Shown here in pieces: positions 27,130-40,256 of a DNA stretch of 64,000 nucleotides. The position numbers were made by a program, and so were the translations under genes. The notes below the pieces were generated by a model. That model was given only the letters and a program-made list of their open reading frames with translations, was not told where the DNA came from and did no database searches. Source of the stretch: Octopus sinensis (lineage: Eukaryota); assembly GCF_006345805.1 (NCBI RefSeq), contig NC_043000.1, positions 163,060,001 through 163,124,000 of the forward strand, given 5' to 3'. Position 1 is the stretch's first letter. Every line of letters starts with the position of its first letter.

Positions 27130-28243
27130 TATACCTGCAGGTGTGGCTGTGTGGTAAGAAGCCTGCTTCGCAACCACATGGTTCCAGGTTCAGTCCTACT
27201 GCATGGCACCTTGGGCAAGTGTCTTCTACTATAGCCTCGGGCCGACCAAAGCCTTGTGAGTGGATTTGGTAGACGGAAACTGAAAGAAGCCCGTCGTATA
27301 TATGTATATATATGTATGTGCGTGTATGTTTGTGTGTCTGTGTTTGTCCCCCTAGCATTGCTTGACAACCGATGCTAATGTGTTTACATCGCCGTCACTA
27401 AGCGGTTCGGCAAAAGAAACCGATAGAATAAGTACTGGGCTTACAAAGAATAAGTCCTGGGGTCGATTTGCTCGACTAAAGGCAGTGCTCCAGCATGGCC
27501 ACAGTCAAATGACTGAAACAAGTAAAAGAGTAAAAGAGTAAAGAGAATATCTATCAGATTGGAGCCTGGTGCAGCCATCTGGTTCGCCAGTCCTCAGTCA
27601 AATCTTCCAACTCCTTGCTAGCATGGAAAGCAGATGTTAAATGATGATAATGATGATAATAATGATGATGATGATGATATATATATTGAGTTGTCTGGAA
27701 AGTTTGTGCCGATTTTTAAAGGAAAGAAAAAGGTCAATAAATACACTTTTAATCAACTAAATATGAACCATTTTGTTGCACAATGCGTCTCCATCTTTCC
27801 TTTAACTTGAACATACCCTCTTCCCAGATTTGAGGTGGTTTCATGGCAAAGAATTCATCAAGGTATCTTTTTACGTCATCCAAGGAATTGAAATTTTTAT
27901 CATTAAGACTATTCTGCAGAAACCTGAATAAGTGGAAATCCTAAGGAGCAATATCTGGTGAATATGGATGGTGGGGTAACACATCCCAGCTGAGCTGCTG
28001 CAGCAATTTTTGACTGGTTCCCAAATCATCAAGTGCCGAAAATGAACTTTCTTATTTTCGATTTTAAAGGGTTACAGAATTAACACAGGTTATAGGAACA
28101 CAAACCTTCTCCCAGGAAAAGATAGCTTAAACTGTGCTCTAAATGGAGTTGTAGTCAAATCCTATTTTATGGACTCAACCATGTTCTAAAATAAGTCGAA
28201 AGGTAAGCTACTATAAATCAGCAAAAACTTTCCGGACAACCCA

Positions 28244-28277
<34 letters not shown>

Positions 28278-31200
28278 CCTTAAACTTTTATATTCATGAA
28301 CTTTTCAAACCTATTACATAAACCTGTTACAGAAAATTAAACTACTTTTTATTGTATTTAATCTTGTTTTATTTTAACTTTTTCTTTTATTTTCCTCCTG
28401 CCAAGGTTGACTTTGCTTTCCATCCTTTCGGGATTGATAAAATAAGTACTAGACAATCAACTAGGCAATCAACTAGGCAGTCAACTAGGCAGTCAACTAG
28501 GCAGTCAACTAGGCAGTCAACTAGGCAGTCAACTAGGCAGTCAACTAGGCAGTCAACTAGGCAGTCAACTAGGCAGTCAACTAGGCAGTCAACTAGACAG
28601 TCAACTAGACAGTCAACTAGACAGTCAACTAGACAGTCAACTAGACAGTCAACTAGACAGTCAATAGACAGTCAATAGACAGTCAACTAGACAGTCAACT
28701 AGACAGTCAACTAGACAGTCAACTAGACAGTCAAATAGACAGTCAACTAGACAGTCAACTAGACAGTCAACTAGACAGTCAACTACAGTCAACTAGACAG
28801 TCAACTAGACAGTCAACTAGACGTTCAACTAGACAGTCAACTAGACAGTCAACTAGACAGTCAACTAGACAGTCAACTAGACAGTCAACTAGACAGTCAA
28901 CTAGACAGTCAACTAGACAGTCAACTAGACAGTCAACTAGACAGTCAACTAGACAGTCAACTAGACAGTCAACTAGACAGTCAACTAGACAGTCAACTAG
29001 ACAGTCAACTAGACAGTCAACTAGACAGTCAACTAGACAGTCAACTAGACAGTCAACTAGACAGTCAACTAGACAATCAACTAGACAATCAACTAGACAA
29101 TCAACTAGACAATCAACTAGACAATCAACTAGACAATCAACTAGACAATCAACTAGACAATCAACTAGACAATCAACTAGACAATCAACTAGAAATCAAA
29201 CTAGACAATCAACTAGACAATCAAACTAGACAATCAACTAGACAATCAACTAGACAATCAACTAGACAATCAACTAGACAATCAACTAGACAATCAACTA
29301 GACAATCAACTAGACAATCAACTAGACAATCAAACTAGACAATCAACTAGACAATCAACTAGACAATCAACTAGACAATCAACTAGACAATCAACTAGAC
29401 AATCAACTAGACAATCACTAGACAATCAACTAGACAATCAACTAGACAATCAACTAGACAATCAACTAGACAATCAACTAGACAATCAACTAGACAATCA
29501 ACTAGACAATCAACTAGACAATCAACTAGACAATCAACTAGACAATCAACTAGACAATCAAATAGACAATCAACTAGACAATCAACTAGACAATCAACAG
29601 ACAATCAACTAGACAATCAACTAGACAATCAACTAGACAATCAACTAGACAATCAACTAGACAATCAACTAGACAATCAACTAGACAATCAACTAGACAA
29701 TCAACTAGACAATCAACTAGACAATCAACTAGACAATCAACTAGACAATCAACTAGACAATCAACTAGACAATCAACTAGACAATCAACTAGACAATCAA
29801 CTAGACAATCAATAGACAATCAACTAGACAATCAAATAGACAATCAACTAGACAATCAACTAGACAATCAACTAGACAATCAATCAACTAGACAATCAAC
29901 TAGACAATCAACTAGACAATCAACTAGACAATCAACTAGACAATCAACTAGACAATCAACTAGACAATCACTAGACAATCAACTAGACAATCAACTAGAC
30001 AATCAACTGACAATCAACTAGACAATCAACTAGACAATAAACTAGACAATCAACTAGACAATCAAACTAGACAATCAACTAGACAATCAACTAGACAATC
30101 AACTAGACAATCAACTAGACATCAACTAGACAATCAAACTAGACAATCAACTAGACATCAACTAGACAATCAACTAGACAATCAACTAGACAATCAACTA
30201 GACAATCACTAGACAATCAACTAGACAATCAACTAGACAATCAACTAGACAATCAAATAGACAATCAACTAGACAATCAACTAGACAATCACAACTAGAC
30301 AATCAAACTAGACAATCAACTAGACAATCAACTAGACAATCAAACTAGACAATCAACTAGACAATCAACTAGACAATCAACTAGACAATCAACTAGACAA
30401 TCAACTAGACAATCAACTAGACAATTCAACTAGACAATCAACTAGACAATCAACTAGACAATCAAACTAGACAATCAACTAGACAATCAAATAGACAATC
30501 AACTAGACAATCAACTAGACAATCAAACTAGACCAATCAACTAGACAATCAACTAGACAATCAACTAGACAATCAACTAGACAATCAACTAGACAATCAA
30601 CTAGACAATCAACTAGACAATCAACTAGACAATCAACTACTAGACAATCCAACTAGACAATCAACTAGACAATCAACTAGACAATCAAACTAAGACAATC
30701 AACTAGACCAATACCAACAATAGACAAATCAAAATAGACAATCAACTAGACAAAAATAGACAACTAGACAATCAACAACTAGACAATCAACTAGACAATC
30801 AACTAGACAATCAACTAGAATCAACTCAACTAGACAATCAACTAGACAATCAACTAGACACTCAACTAGACAATCAACTAGACAATCAACTAGACAATCA
30901 ACTAGACAATCAACTAGACAAAACTAGAACCATCAACTGACAATCAACTAGACAATCAATCAACTAGACAATCAACTAGGGACAAATCAACTAGACAATC
31001 AACTAGACAATCAACTAGACAATCAACTAGACAATTCAACTAGACAATCAACTAGACAATCAACTAGACAATCAACTAGAGCCTCTCTGACAAAAAATTT
31101 CAGGCTTTATGCCTAAAGCAGAAAGAATTATTAAAGAAATGATTATAATACAGACTGAAATAAAAAGGAGTTGTAACACTACTTACTAATGAAAAATATT

Positions 31201-34200
31201 TATTGGTATCAAACTCTATAAGAAGAACCGGTCGCTTGTAATGTCGGCTCATGGAAACACACTGGTTGTACAGACGTCCATTACTGAGTGAACCAATCAA
31301 ATCGCTTATGCTTTTTCTTTCAACGCAGATGTCAGGGGTCAAAATGTAATCTCCAACCTGCAAATGAGAAATTTATTGAAGAGCTTTATAGCACAAACAT
31401 TATACATACATATTACACATACATACACGTTATACATAAACATACATACATATCAGGGATGGTTGCCTTCCAAGCAATACATCCACGTTCAACTCCTATC
31501 CAATGCAAGCATTAGCTTTTATAGGCATAGAAATGGTTGTGTGGCTAGGAACCACAAGGTTTTGGGTTCAGTCTCAGTGCACAGCACCTTGGGTAAGTAT
31601 TTCTTGTACTATAGCCCTAGGCAGACCAATACCTTGTGAGTGAATTTGGTACATGAAAACAATATGGAAGCCCATTGTGTGTGTGTGTGTGTGTGCAAAT
31701 AAATATATATTTTATACACATTACATGCATGCAAACATACATACAGACATACATACATGTCAGTGGTGTAATGGTTAGTATGGTTGTCTTCCAAGCAATA
31801 TAGCCAGGTTCAACTCTTAGCTAATGCAGGCATTAGCTTTTATAGGCATAGGCATGGCTAATGCTATGTTTCTGGTAAGGCAGCTGCGCAGCCAAATACA
31901 AACCTCTGTACTTAGCTTTTGTTGACTTGGAGAAAGCCTTTGACAGGGACCCACAGTCTCTTATCTGGTGGTCAATGTGGAAACTAGGGATAGATGAGTG
32001 GTTGGTGAGAGCAGTACAAGCCATGTACAGGGACACTGTCAGTAAGATGAGGGTTGGCAATTAGTACAGTGAAGAATTCAGGGTACAAGTAGGGGTTCAC
32101 CAAGGATCAGTCCTCAGCCCCCTCTTGTTCATCAGAGTCCTCCAAGCAATAACAGAGAAATTTAAGACAGGCTGTCCCTGGGAGCTTCTCTATGCTGATG
32201 ACCTCGCTCTTATAGCTGAATCTCTACCAGAACTAGAAAAGAAGTTCTAGGTATAGAAGTAAGGTCTAGAAATGAAGGGCCTTACAGTTAATCTAGCAAA
32301 AACCAAAGTCTTAGTAAGTAGGAAGGCAGACAAATCACAAATCCATTCAGGTAGATGGCCCTGCTCAATCTGTAGAAAAGCATAGCAGAAACTCCATAAG
32401 AAGTGCCCAGTGTAGGCTATGGACACATAAGAGTTGCAGCAATATCAGAGGAAGGTTAACAGCGAAAATAGCTTTTGTGCATGGAAGATGCAGAGGGGCA
32501 ATAAACACCAAAAATGTACAGAAAATAGACACCATTAACTGCCAGTGGGGTAAGCTAGAGGTAGTAGATAGCTTCCGTTATCTAGGTGACCAGGTTAGTA
32601 TTGGAGGTGAATGCTCTGAGAGCATAGCTGTGAAAATAAGAATAGGCTGGGCTGAGTTCAGAGAACTCCTACCTCTGCTAGCAACAAAGGGCTTCTCTCT
32701 CAAAGTGAAAGGCAGATTGTATGATACTTGTGTTCAAACAGCTCTGCTACATGGCAGTGAAATATGGGCTCCAACAGCTAGGGACATGTGTAGGCTTGAA
32801 AGAAATGAAGCCAGAATGCTTCACTGGATGTGCAATGTCAGTGTGCCTATATGATAGTTGGACATAAGAGGCATCAGATGTGGTATCTAAGAGAAACGAC
32901 TGAGCTGGTATGGTGAGGTGATGTGATGTGATGTGTATGGACAAGGACAGCTGTATAAAGAAGTGCTAACCTTTTTTTGGATGGAACCTGTGGAACTTGT
33001 GGATGGAACCTGTGGTAGAGGTAGACCCAGAAAACAGGGGACGAGGTGGTGAAGCATGATCTTCAAACTTTGGACTTCATGGAAGCAATGACTAGGGACC
33101 AAGACTTTTGGTAATATGTCCTCCTCAAGAAGAGCTGTCAAGCCAAGTGTTTATGTCCTTGTAGCATAGCGGTTCAGCAAAAGATACTGATAGAATAAGT
33201 ACTCATGGTCAATGCTGGTGTCACGTAACTGGCACCCATACCAGTGGCACATAAAAAGCACCTGTTGAGTGTTGAGCCTCACAGAGGCAATGATGAATGA
33301 CCAAGGCCTTTGGCATAATGCCATGCTTGAAAAGAAGACCCATCCAGCCAAGTAAAATCACAGTTGTAGCAGATATTGGTGTTATGCAAATGGCACCCAA
33401 GTCAGTGGCACATAAAAGCACTCATTACACTCTCAGAGTGGTTGGCATTAGGAAGGGCATCCAACCATGGAAACCATGCCAAATATCAGACTGAAGTCTG
33501 GTGCAGTCTTCCAGTTTACCAGCCCTGGTCAAACTATCCAATCCATGCCAGCATGGACAATGAACATTAAATAATGATGATTATTTGTATATATATGAAT
33601 GCAAATATAAATATATATATATATATTTAAAAAAGGAGATGTGGAACACGAGTTGTGATATATAAAAAAAGGAAATGAAGAAAATGCTGACAAAATAATT
33701 TAAGTAAGGGAGAGTGTATTTAATTAGGTGAAAGTTCTTTTTACCGGTTGCGCATTTGTTATGCTTATCAAAAGATATTTTTTAAGAGAGATAGAGTTCC
33801 TTTCTGATAGATTTTTTTCTCTTATCTGACTTTATGTTGGGTTTGCTGTCTCTTATATGTGAAAAAAGAGGCTCCAGAGTTGTTTAAGATTTGCTTGGTT
33901 TCGCACCTAAAATTTCTTGTGGACAATGGTCAATACAATTTTGATTGGTCATTATAAAGGGGTCATTTCTTACCCCACGTCCATAAGGAAGAAAAGAACC
34001 CTGGAAACCCTCACCACCAGAATTACATTAACGAATTTCCCCCTTCAATGAGACACTATACACAACAACTCAACAACTACTCGAATACCTTATTAACAAA
34101 TAAAAGAGGATTCCACTACCAGGATAGACACAACAACATCCACACCACGAGGGGACAACAAGGTAATTTTCACTTTCTCAACTCTCACAATACACAACAA

Positions 34201-37200
34201 GCCCATACCACTCGATACAAGCACCCACGTAGGCCACTCATATCACCACAATCCAACATGACACAAAGAAACACACACCAACACCCGCAATACAGGAACA
34301 CCCCATTCTATCCACAACCACGAACCCGAACCATATTTCACAACAAGGAATATAACAAACACACAGGACCTCTTAACACCAACAGACAACCCCTCTACCC
34401 CAACCATTTTTTAGACACAGCACACAGATACAGGCAAACAAGATAACACAGGACAGGGAAGAGAAACAGAAACTAATTAAAGTCATCAATTTAACCAATA
34501 CAGAACCCAACCCCAACCTTCTCAACTTACTCTCCAAAGGTCTTAAATTCACCCCCCCCCCACGTCCAAACTACTACGAAATGAAGGAAGACATTACAGA
34601 ATTTTGTAGAAAATTGCGACTTAGTGAGGAACTATTCGACCAGCACAATGAGGATGAGTCACTAGCTAGAAATAAAAGCAACTACACCCCACCAAAAGAT
34701 AGAAATAAAATCCTAGACGAATTCTGTGAGCACATTACAAACTTCCCCTACCAACACTTACACAAACCAAAACCCAAACCAAACCTCAACAAGAAAGAGT
34801 GGGAAGAATTAAACAAATTAAAAAATGAAAGATCTATCACCATTAAAGAGGCCGATAAAGGAAGTGCAGTAGTTTTAATGGAGACAGAATACTATATCAA
34901 CTTAGCACTCTCCACCTTGGAAAATGGAACATATTACGAAAAGGCTGAACACTACAATCAACAGAAAATTATGAGAAACTTAAAAACCCTGATCAACCCC
35001 CACAAAGAAGAACTCACTAACAAAGAATTCAACTTCATCACAAATTTCACTAGTAAAACCAGCCTCTTCTACGGTATTCCCAAAATTCATAAAAGCGAAT
35101 TAATAAGTAAGGCATGCAAGGAAGCCACAAACTCTATAATCAATGTCCCCTCACGAAATGACCTCAAATTGAGACCTATAATAGCAGGTCCCGCTTGCGA
35201 AACCCACCGCCTTAGCAACTTCATTGATACCCTTCTCAAGCCCTTCCTCAAACACATTAAAAGCTACATAAGGGACGATCTAGATATGCTCAACCACCTC
35301 CCCAATACACTTCTTGCTGAACAAACCCTGCTAGTAACATTCGATGTAGTTAATCTTTACTCCAACATCCCCCACAACCTAGGAATAGAAGCTATCCAAT
35401 TCTGGCAGGATAATTACTCCAACGAACTCCCACACTGCATCAAAAAGGAATTTATTTTAGAAGGACTCAAATTCATCTTAGAGAATAATTTCTTCACCTT
35501 CAACAACAAATTCTACAGACAGAAATCAGGGACGGCAATGGGAACGAAAACAGCTCCCACTTACGCCAACCTGGTCATGGGATACCTGGAAATCACCCTC
35601 TATAATAACGTTCTTAACCAATTTGGCACCACTCTCCACACACACATAGAGAAGACTGGAAGAGATATCTTGATGACTGCTTCATCCTTTGGCCCGAAAC
35701 CATCGAGAAGCTTAAAGAATTTCACACCCTTATAAATGGGCTCAACACAAACATTATTTTCACAATGGAATACAGCCCTCAACAAATTCCCTTCCTCGAC
35801 ATCCTCATTAAAATTCACAACAAAAAAATAGAAACAGACGTATACTACAAGCCCACAGACTCCAAGCAATACCTCCCTTTCAATTCACCCTAGACACGTT
35901 AAAATTAACATTCCCTACAACTTAGCCAAAAGAATTTGCACTATAGTCTCCAATAAAACCACCCGTCTCTTACATCTACAAGAACTTAAGGACACATTAA
36001 CAAGCAGGGATTACCCCATGTCACTAATTGACAATGGGATCCAACGTGCCCTAAAACTCAGCACACAGGAACTTAGACGCCCTAAACCTGTTACATCGAA
36101 ACCCCATACTCTACCATACATCTCTACACACAACCCCCTCAACAATGAAGCTTTTGACACCATCCTCCAGAACATTCCTGTATTAAAAAAGGACCATAGA
36201 ATGAACCAAATCCTCCTAACACACGAAATAATAAAGAGCAAAAGGCAACCCAAATCATTGAAAACCATCCTAACAAATGCCAAAGTACTGCCAACCACAA
36301 CAACTAAACCCACAGTAAACAAATGCAATAGACCCAACTGTGGTATATGCATCAACCTAATAGAAGGTCCGGAATTCCGTTTTAAACAAGGACAACGTTT
36401 CACAGTAAAACACAACTTCACATGCGCATCAGAAAACCTAGTATATGTCTTAACTTGCTCGGGCTGTAATGAACACTACATAGGCCAAACTAAAAATAGC
36501 CTCTGCCAACGCATGACTGTCCACAGATCCCAAATAAAAATACAGGAATACAGAAAAATAGCACTTAGTGCACATATTGATACCTGTGCCGCACAACTTC
36601 ATCCCAATTTTAGAATCTTTCCCCTCTACAAATTTAAAGACAATGCCACTCATACCCAGCGAATAACCATGGAATCCCACCTTATTAATAAATACAGACC
36701 ACTTCTAAACACATCCCCCTAACACGAACCCACAACAAACACACTTACACCTGCACACACCCTACACACACTTTTACCCAGATATTAACACCATGACACA
36801 CGCAAATATATGGTTCCACACATACACATAATTTGATACGGGTGCAAAACATCCAACACTATTTTTTGGAAATGACTGTAAATATTGACTTCACACAAAC
36901 ACGTTGCTTCCCGATACAGGCACAAGGCCAGCAGAACTATAAATATTGAAAATTGTACCCACACGCACACATATATACAGGTGCGCGCGCCCCAACATAC
37001 ATATAAACTCACACTCACACACGCGCGCGTGCGCACATACATACATATAGCTCTTCCTGTCCTAAACGAACTTACTTATCCAGCTCAAATTCAGTCAAGC
37101 GGAAAATACACTCCTTAACTACGCACTAAAAAGTTATTTAAAATATCCACATGACGTTTACTGACCAGCCTGAACAATAAGAATTTTCAACAACGCTATT

Positions 37201-37690
37201 TTTCGAAAACTCCATACACAACCCACATCAACATTCATTCTAAACATTCACGTGACCTCTCTATTATGACCACATCCACGTGACCTCTTTATTATGACCA
37301 ATAAGAGATTTTAGGCGCGACACTAGCCAAATTTTAACATCTCTGGAGCCTATTTTCTTATCCCAACACCAACTTCCATTCAAACATTCACGTGACCCCT
37401 TTATAATGACCAATCAAAATTGTATTGACCATTGTCCACAAGAAATTTTAGGCGCGAAACCAAGCAAATCTTAAACAACTCTGGAGCCTCTTTTTTTACA
37501 TATAAGAGACAGCAAACCCAACATAAAGTCAGATAAGAGAAAAAAATCTATCAAAAAGGAACTCTATCTCTCTTAAAAATATATCTTTTGATAAGCATAA
37601 CAAATGCGCAACCGGTAAAAAGAACTTTCACCTAATTAAATACACTCTCCCATACTTAAATTATTTTGTCAGCATTTTCTTCATTTCCTT

Positions 37691-37722
<32 letters not shown>

Positions 37723-38640
37723 TATAAATTAGAAAAAAACCCCACCTTTTATGAATTCAATAATGAAAAATTAAATTATACCATTTAGAAAAATTACTAA
37801 GAGTGTAGTGGGTGCTTTTACATGCCACCAGCACGAGGGCCAGTCAGGCAGTACTGGCAACAACATCGCTTGATTGTTTTTTCATGTGCCAGTAAGGTGA
37901 CGCTGGTAACAATCACACTCAAATGATGCTTTTTATGTGCCACCGGCACGGAAGCCAGTTAGCTGCTCTGGCAACGATTACACTCAGATGGTGCTCTTAG
38001 CGATCCACTATCACGGATGCCAGTCATCGAATTTGATTTTGATTTCAATTTCACTTGCCTCAACAGGTCTTCGCAAGCAGAGTTTAGTGTCCAAAGGAGG
38101 AAAAAGTACGCATAAGTGGGCTGGTTACACCCCTGGCATAGGCCATGAGTTATGGTCTCACTTGGCTCACCGGGTCTTCTCAAGCACAGCATACTTCCAA
38201 AAGTCTTGGTCACTAGTCATTGCTTCAGTGAGGTCTAATGTTCGAAGGTCGTGCTTCGCCAGTTCATCCCAGGTCTTCATCCTGGGTCTACCTCTTCCAT
38301 AGATTCCCTCAACTGCTAGGTTGGAGCACTTTTTCACACAGCTATCCTCATCTATTCTCGCCACATGCCTATCCCAGCACAGTTGTCTCTCTTGCACACC
38401 ACATCAGGAGAGACGACTGCGCAGGTATGGGCATGTGGCAAGAATTTTATTTGTTTCGGTCATTTGACTGCAGCCATACTGGAGCACTGCCTTTAGTCGA
38501 GCAAATCAACCCCAGGGCTTATTCATTGTAAGCCTAGTGCTTATTCTATCAGTTTCTATTGCCAAACTGCTAAGTTATGGGTACGGAAACACACCAGCAT
38601 CGGTTGTCAAGCAATGTTGGGGTTACAAACACAGACACAC

Positions 38641-38691
<51 letters not shown>

Positions 38692-38918
38692 TATATGACA
38701 GGCTTCTTTCAGTTTCTGTTTACGAACCCACAAAGCTTTGGTCAGCTTGGTGATGTAGCATATACCCAGAACCCTGTGGTTAAGAAGCAAGCTTCTTACC
38801 ACACAGCCACATCTGTGCCTATATATACATACATACATACATATATATATACATACATACATACACATATACATACATACATACATACATACACATATAC
38901 ATACATACATACATACAT

Positions 38919-38975
<57 letters not shown>

Positions 38976-39962
38976 GACACAAACTGTGTGTGAGAGAGAC
39001 AGACAGACAGCCTTCTGCACAGTTTCTGTCTACCACATTCATTCAAAAGGCATTGGTTGACCTGGGACTATAGTAGAAGACACCTGTTTAAAGTGCCATG
39101 CAGTAGGGTGCAACCCAAAAATATACAGTTGTAAAGTTAACATAATCATACAGCCATACTTATTATACTTAAAAAGAAGGAAAAGAGATTTCTTCAAGAG
39201 AGCACCCGTGCCGGTGGCATGTAAAAAGAGCCCACTACACTCTTGGAGTGGTTGGTGTTAAGAAAGGCATCCAGCTGTAGAAACCCTGTCAAATCAGATT
39301 GAAACCTGGTGCAGCTCCCCAGCATACCAGTTTTTAGTGAAACCATCTAACCCATGCCAGCATGGAAAACAGACGTTTGATAATGATGAAATGAAGATAA
39401 AAAAACAACTAAAACAGTAAAGAAAGTAAATATTAAAAAAAAAGAATAAGCAGTACTAAAAATATTTTCATTTATTTGAAATAATGTTAAGCTTTTTGTG
39501 GGTGTATACAGGTAGGTGTTTACATGAGTCTTAAGTTCACACCTGTAAATTATTTTTAGAACATGCCAGAAATCCATTGAAACCAGCGTGCTTACCTCTA
39601 ACGTAATAGGTTCTATATGAATACCTCGTCGATGCAACAATGAAGGTAGTTCACTGCGAAATTCACGCATATCAACAATGATCTGAAGTCAAACAAAATT
39701 TGTTTATAAAATCATAAGGTCAGTTTGCAAACAGAAAGAAAAATAACAAAGGAACAACTACAATGTTGCACTGCATCCTTAAAAACTTCCATGCTTCCTG
39801 AGATTCGCCAACACTACACCTGATTTTCTCCCCTCCATACACACACAAGCATGTATCTGACTCATACACTGTTCGCTTTCCAGACATTTGTACATTACTG
39901 CATATGCTTTATACACACTTTCTGACAAGTTGTGGTGCACCTGAGCACTGTATACAACAATT

Positions 39963-39993
<31 letters not shown>

Positions 39994-40211
39994 TATAAGA
40001 AGTATAAAAAAAAAAGGAAATAAATCTCTTCATAACTCCATTATTATGCTCACTTTTGTTATTATTACTACTGCCACTACTACAACTATTAATAATTTCA
40101 CCACTGTTGACCACCACTACTATTATCATTATCACTCTGCCACACTACCACTGCAACTATATTTATATAGAGAGAGAGAGAGATGAGAAGGAGAGAGAGA
40201 CAGATAGCGAG

Positions 40212-40256
<45 letters not shown>

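Noticed and set aside
28352-29819. RQST- and VDCL-repeat ORFs
   Set aside because: Translations of the 12-bp tandem array; broken by indels and without supporting splice context.
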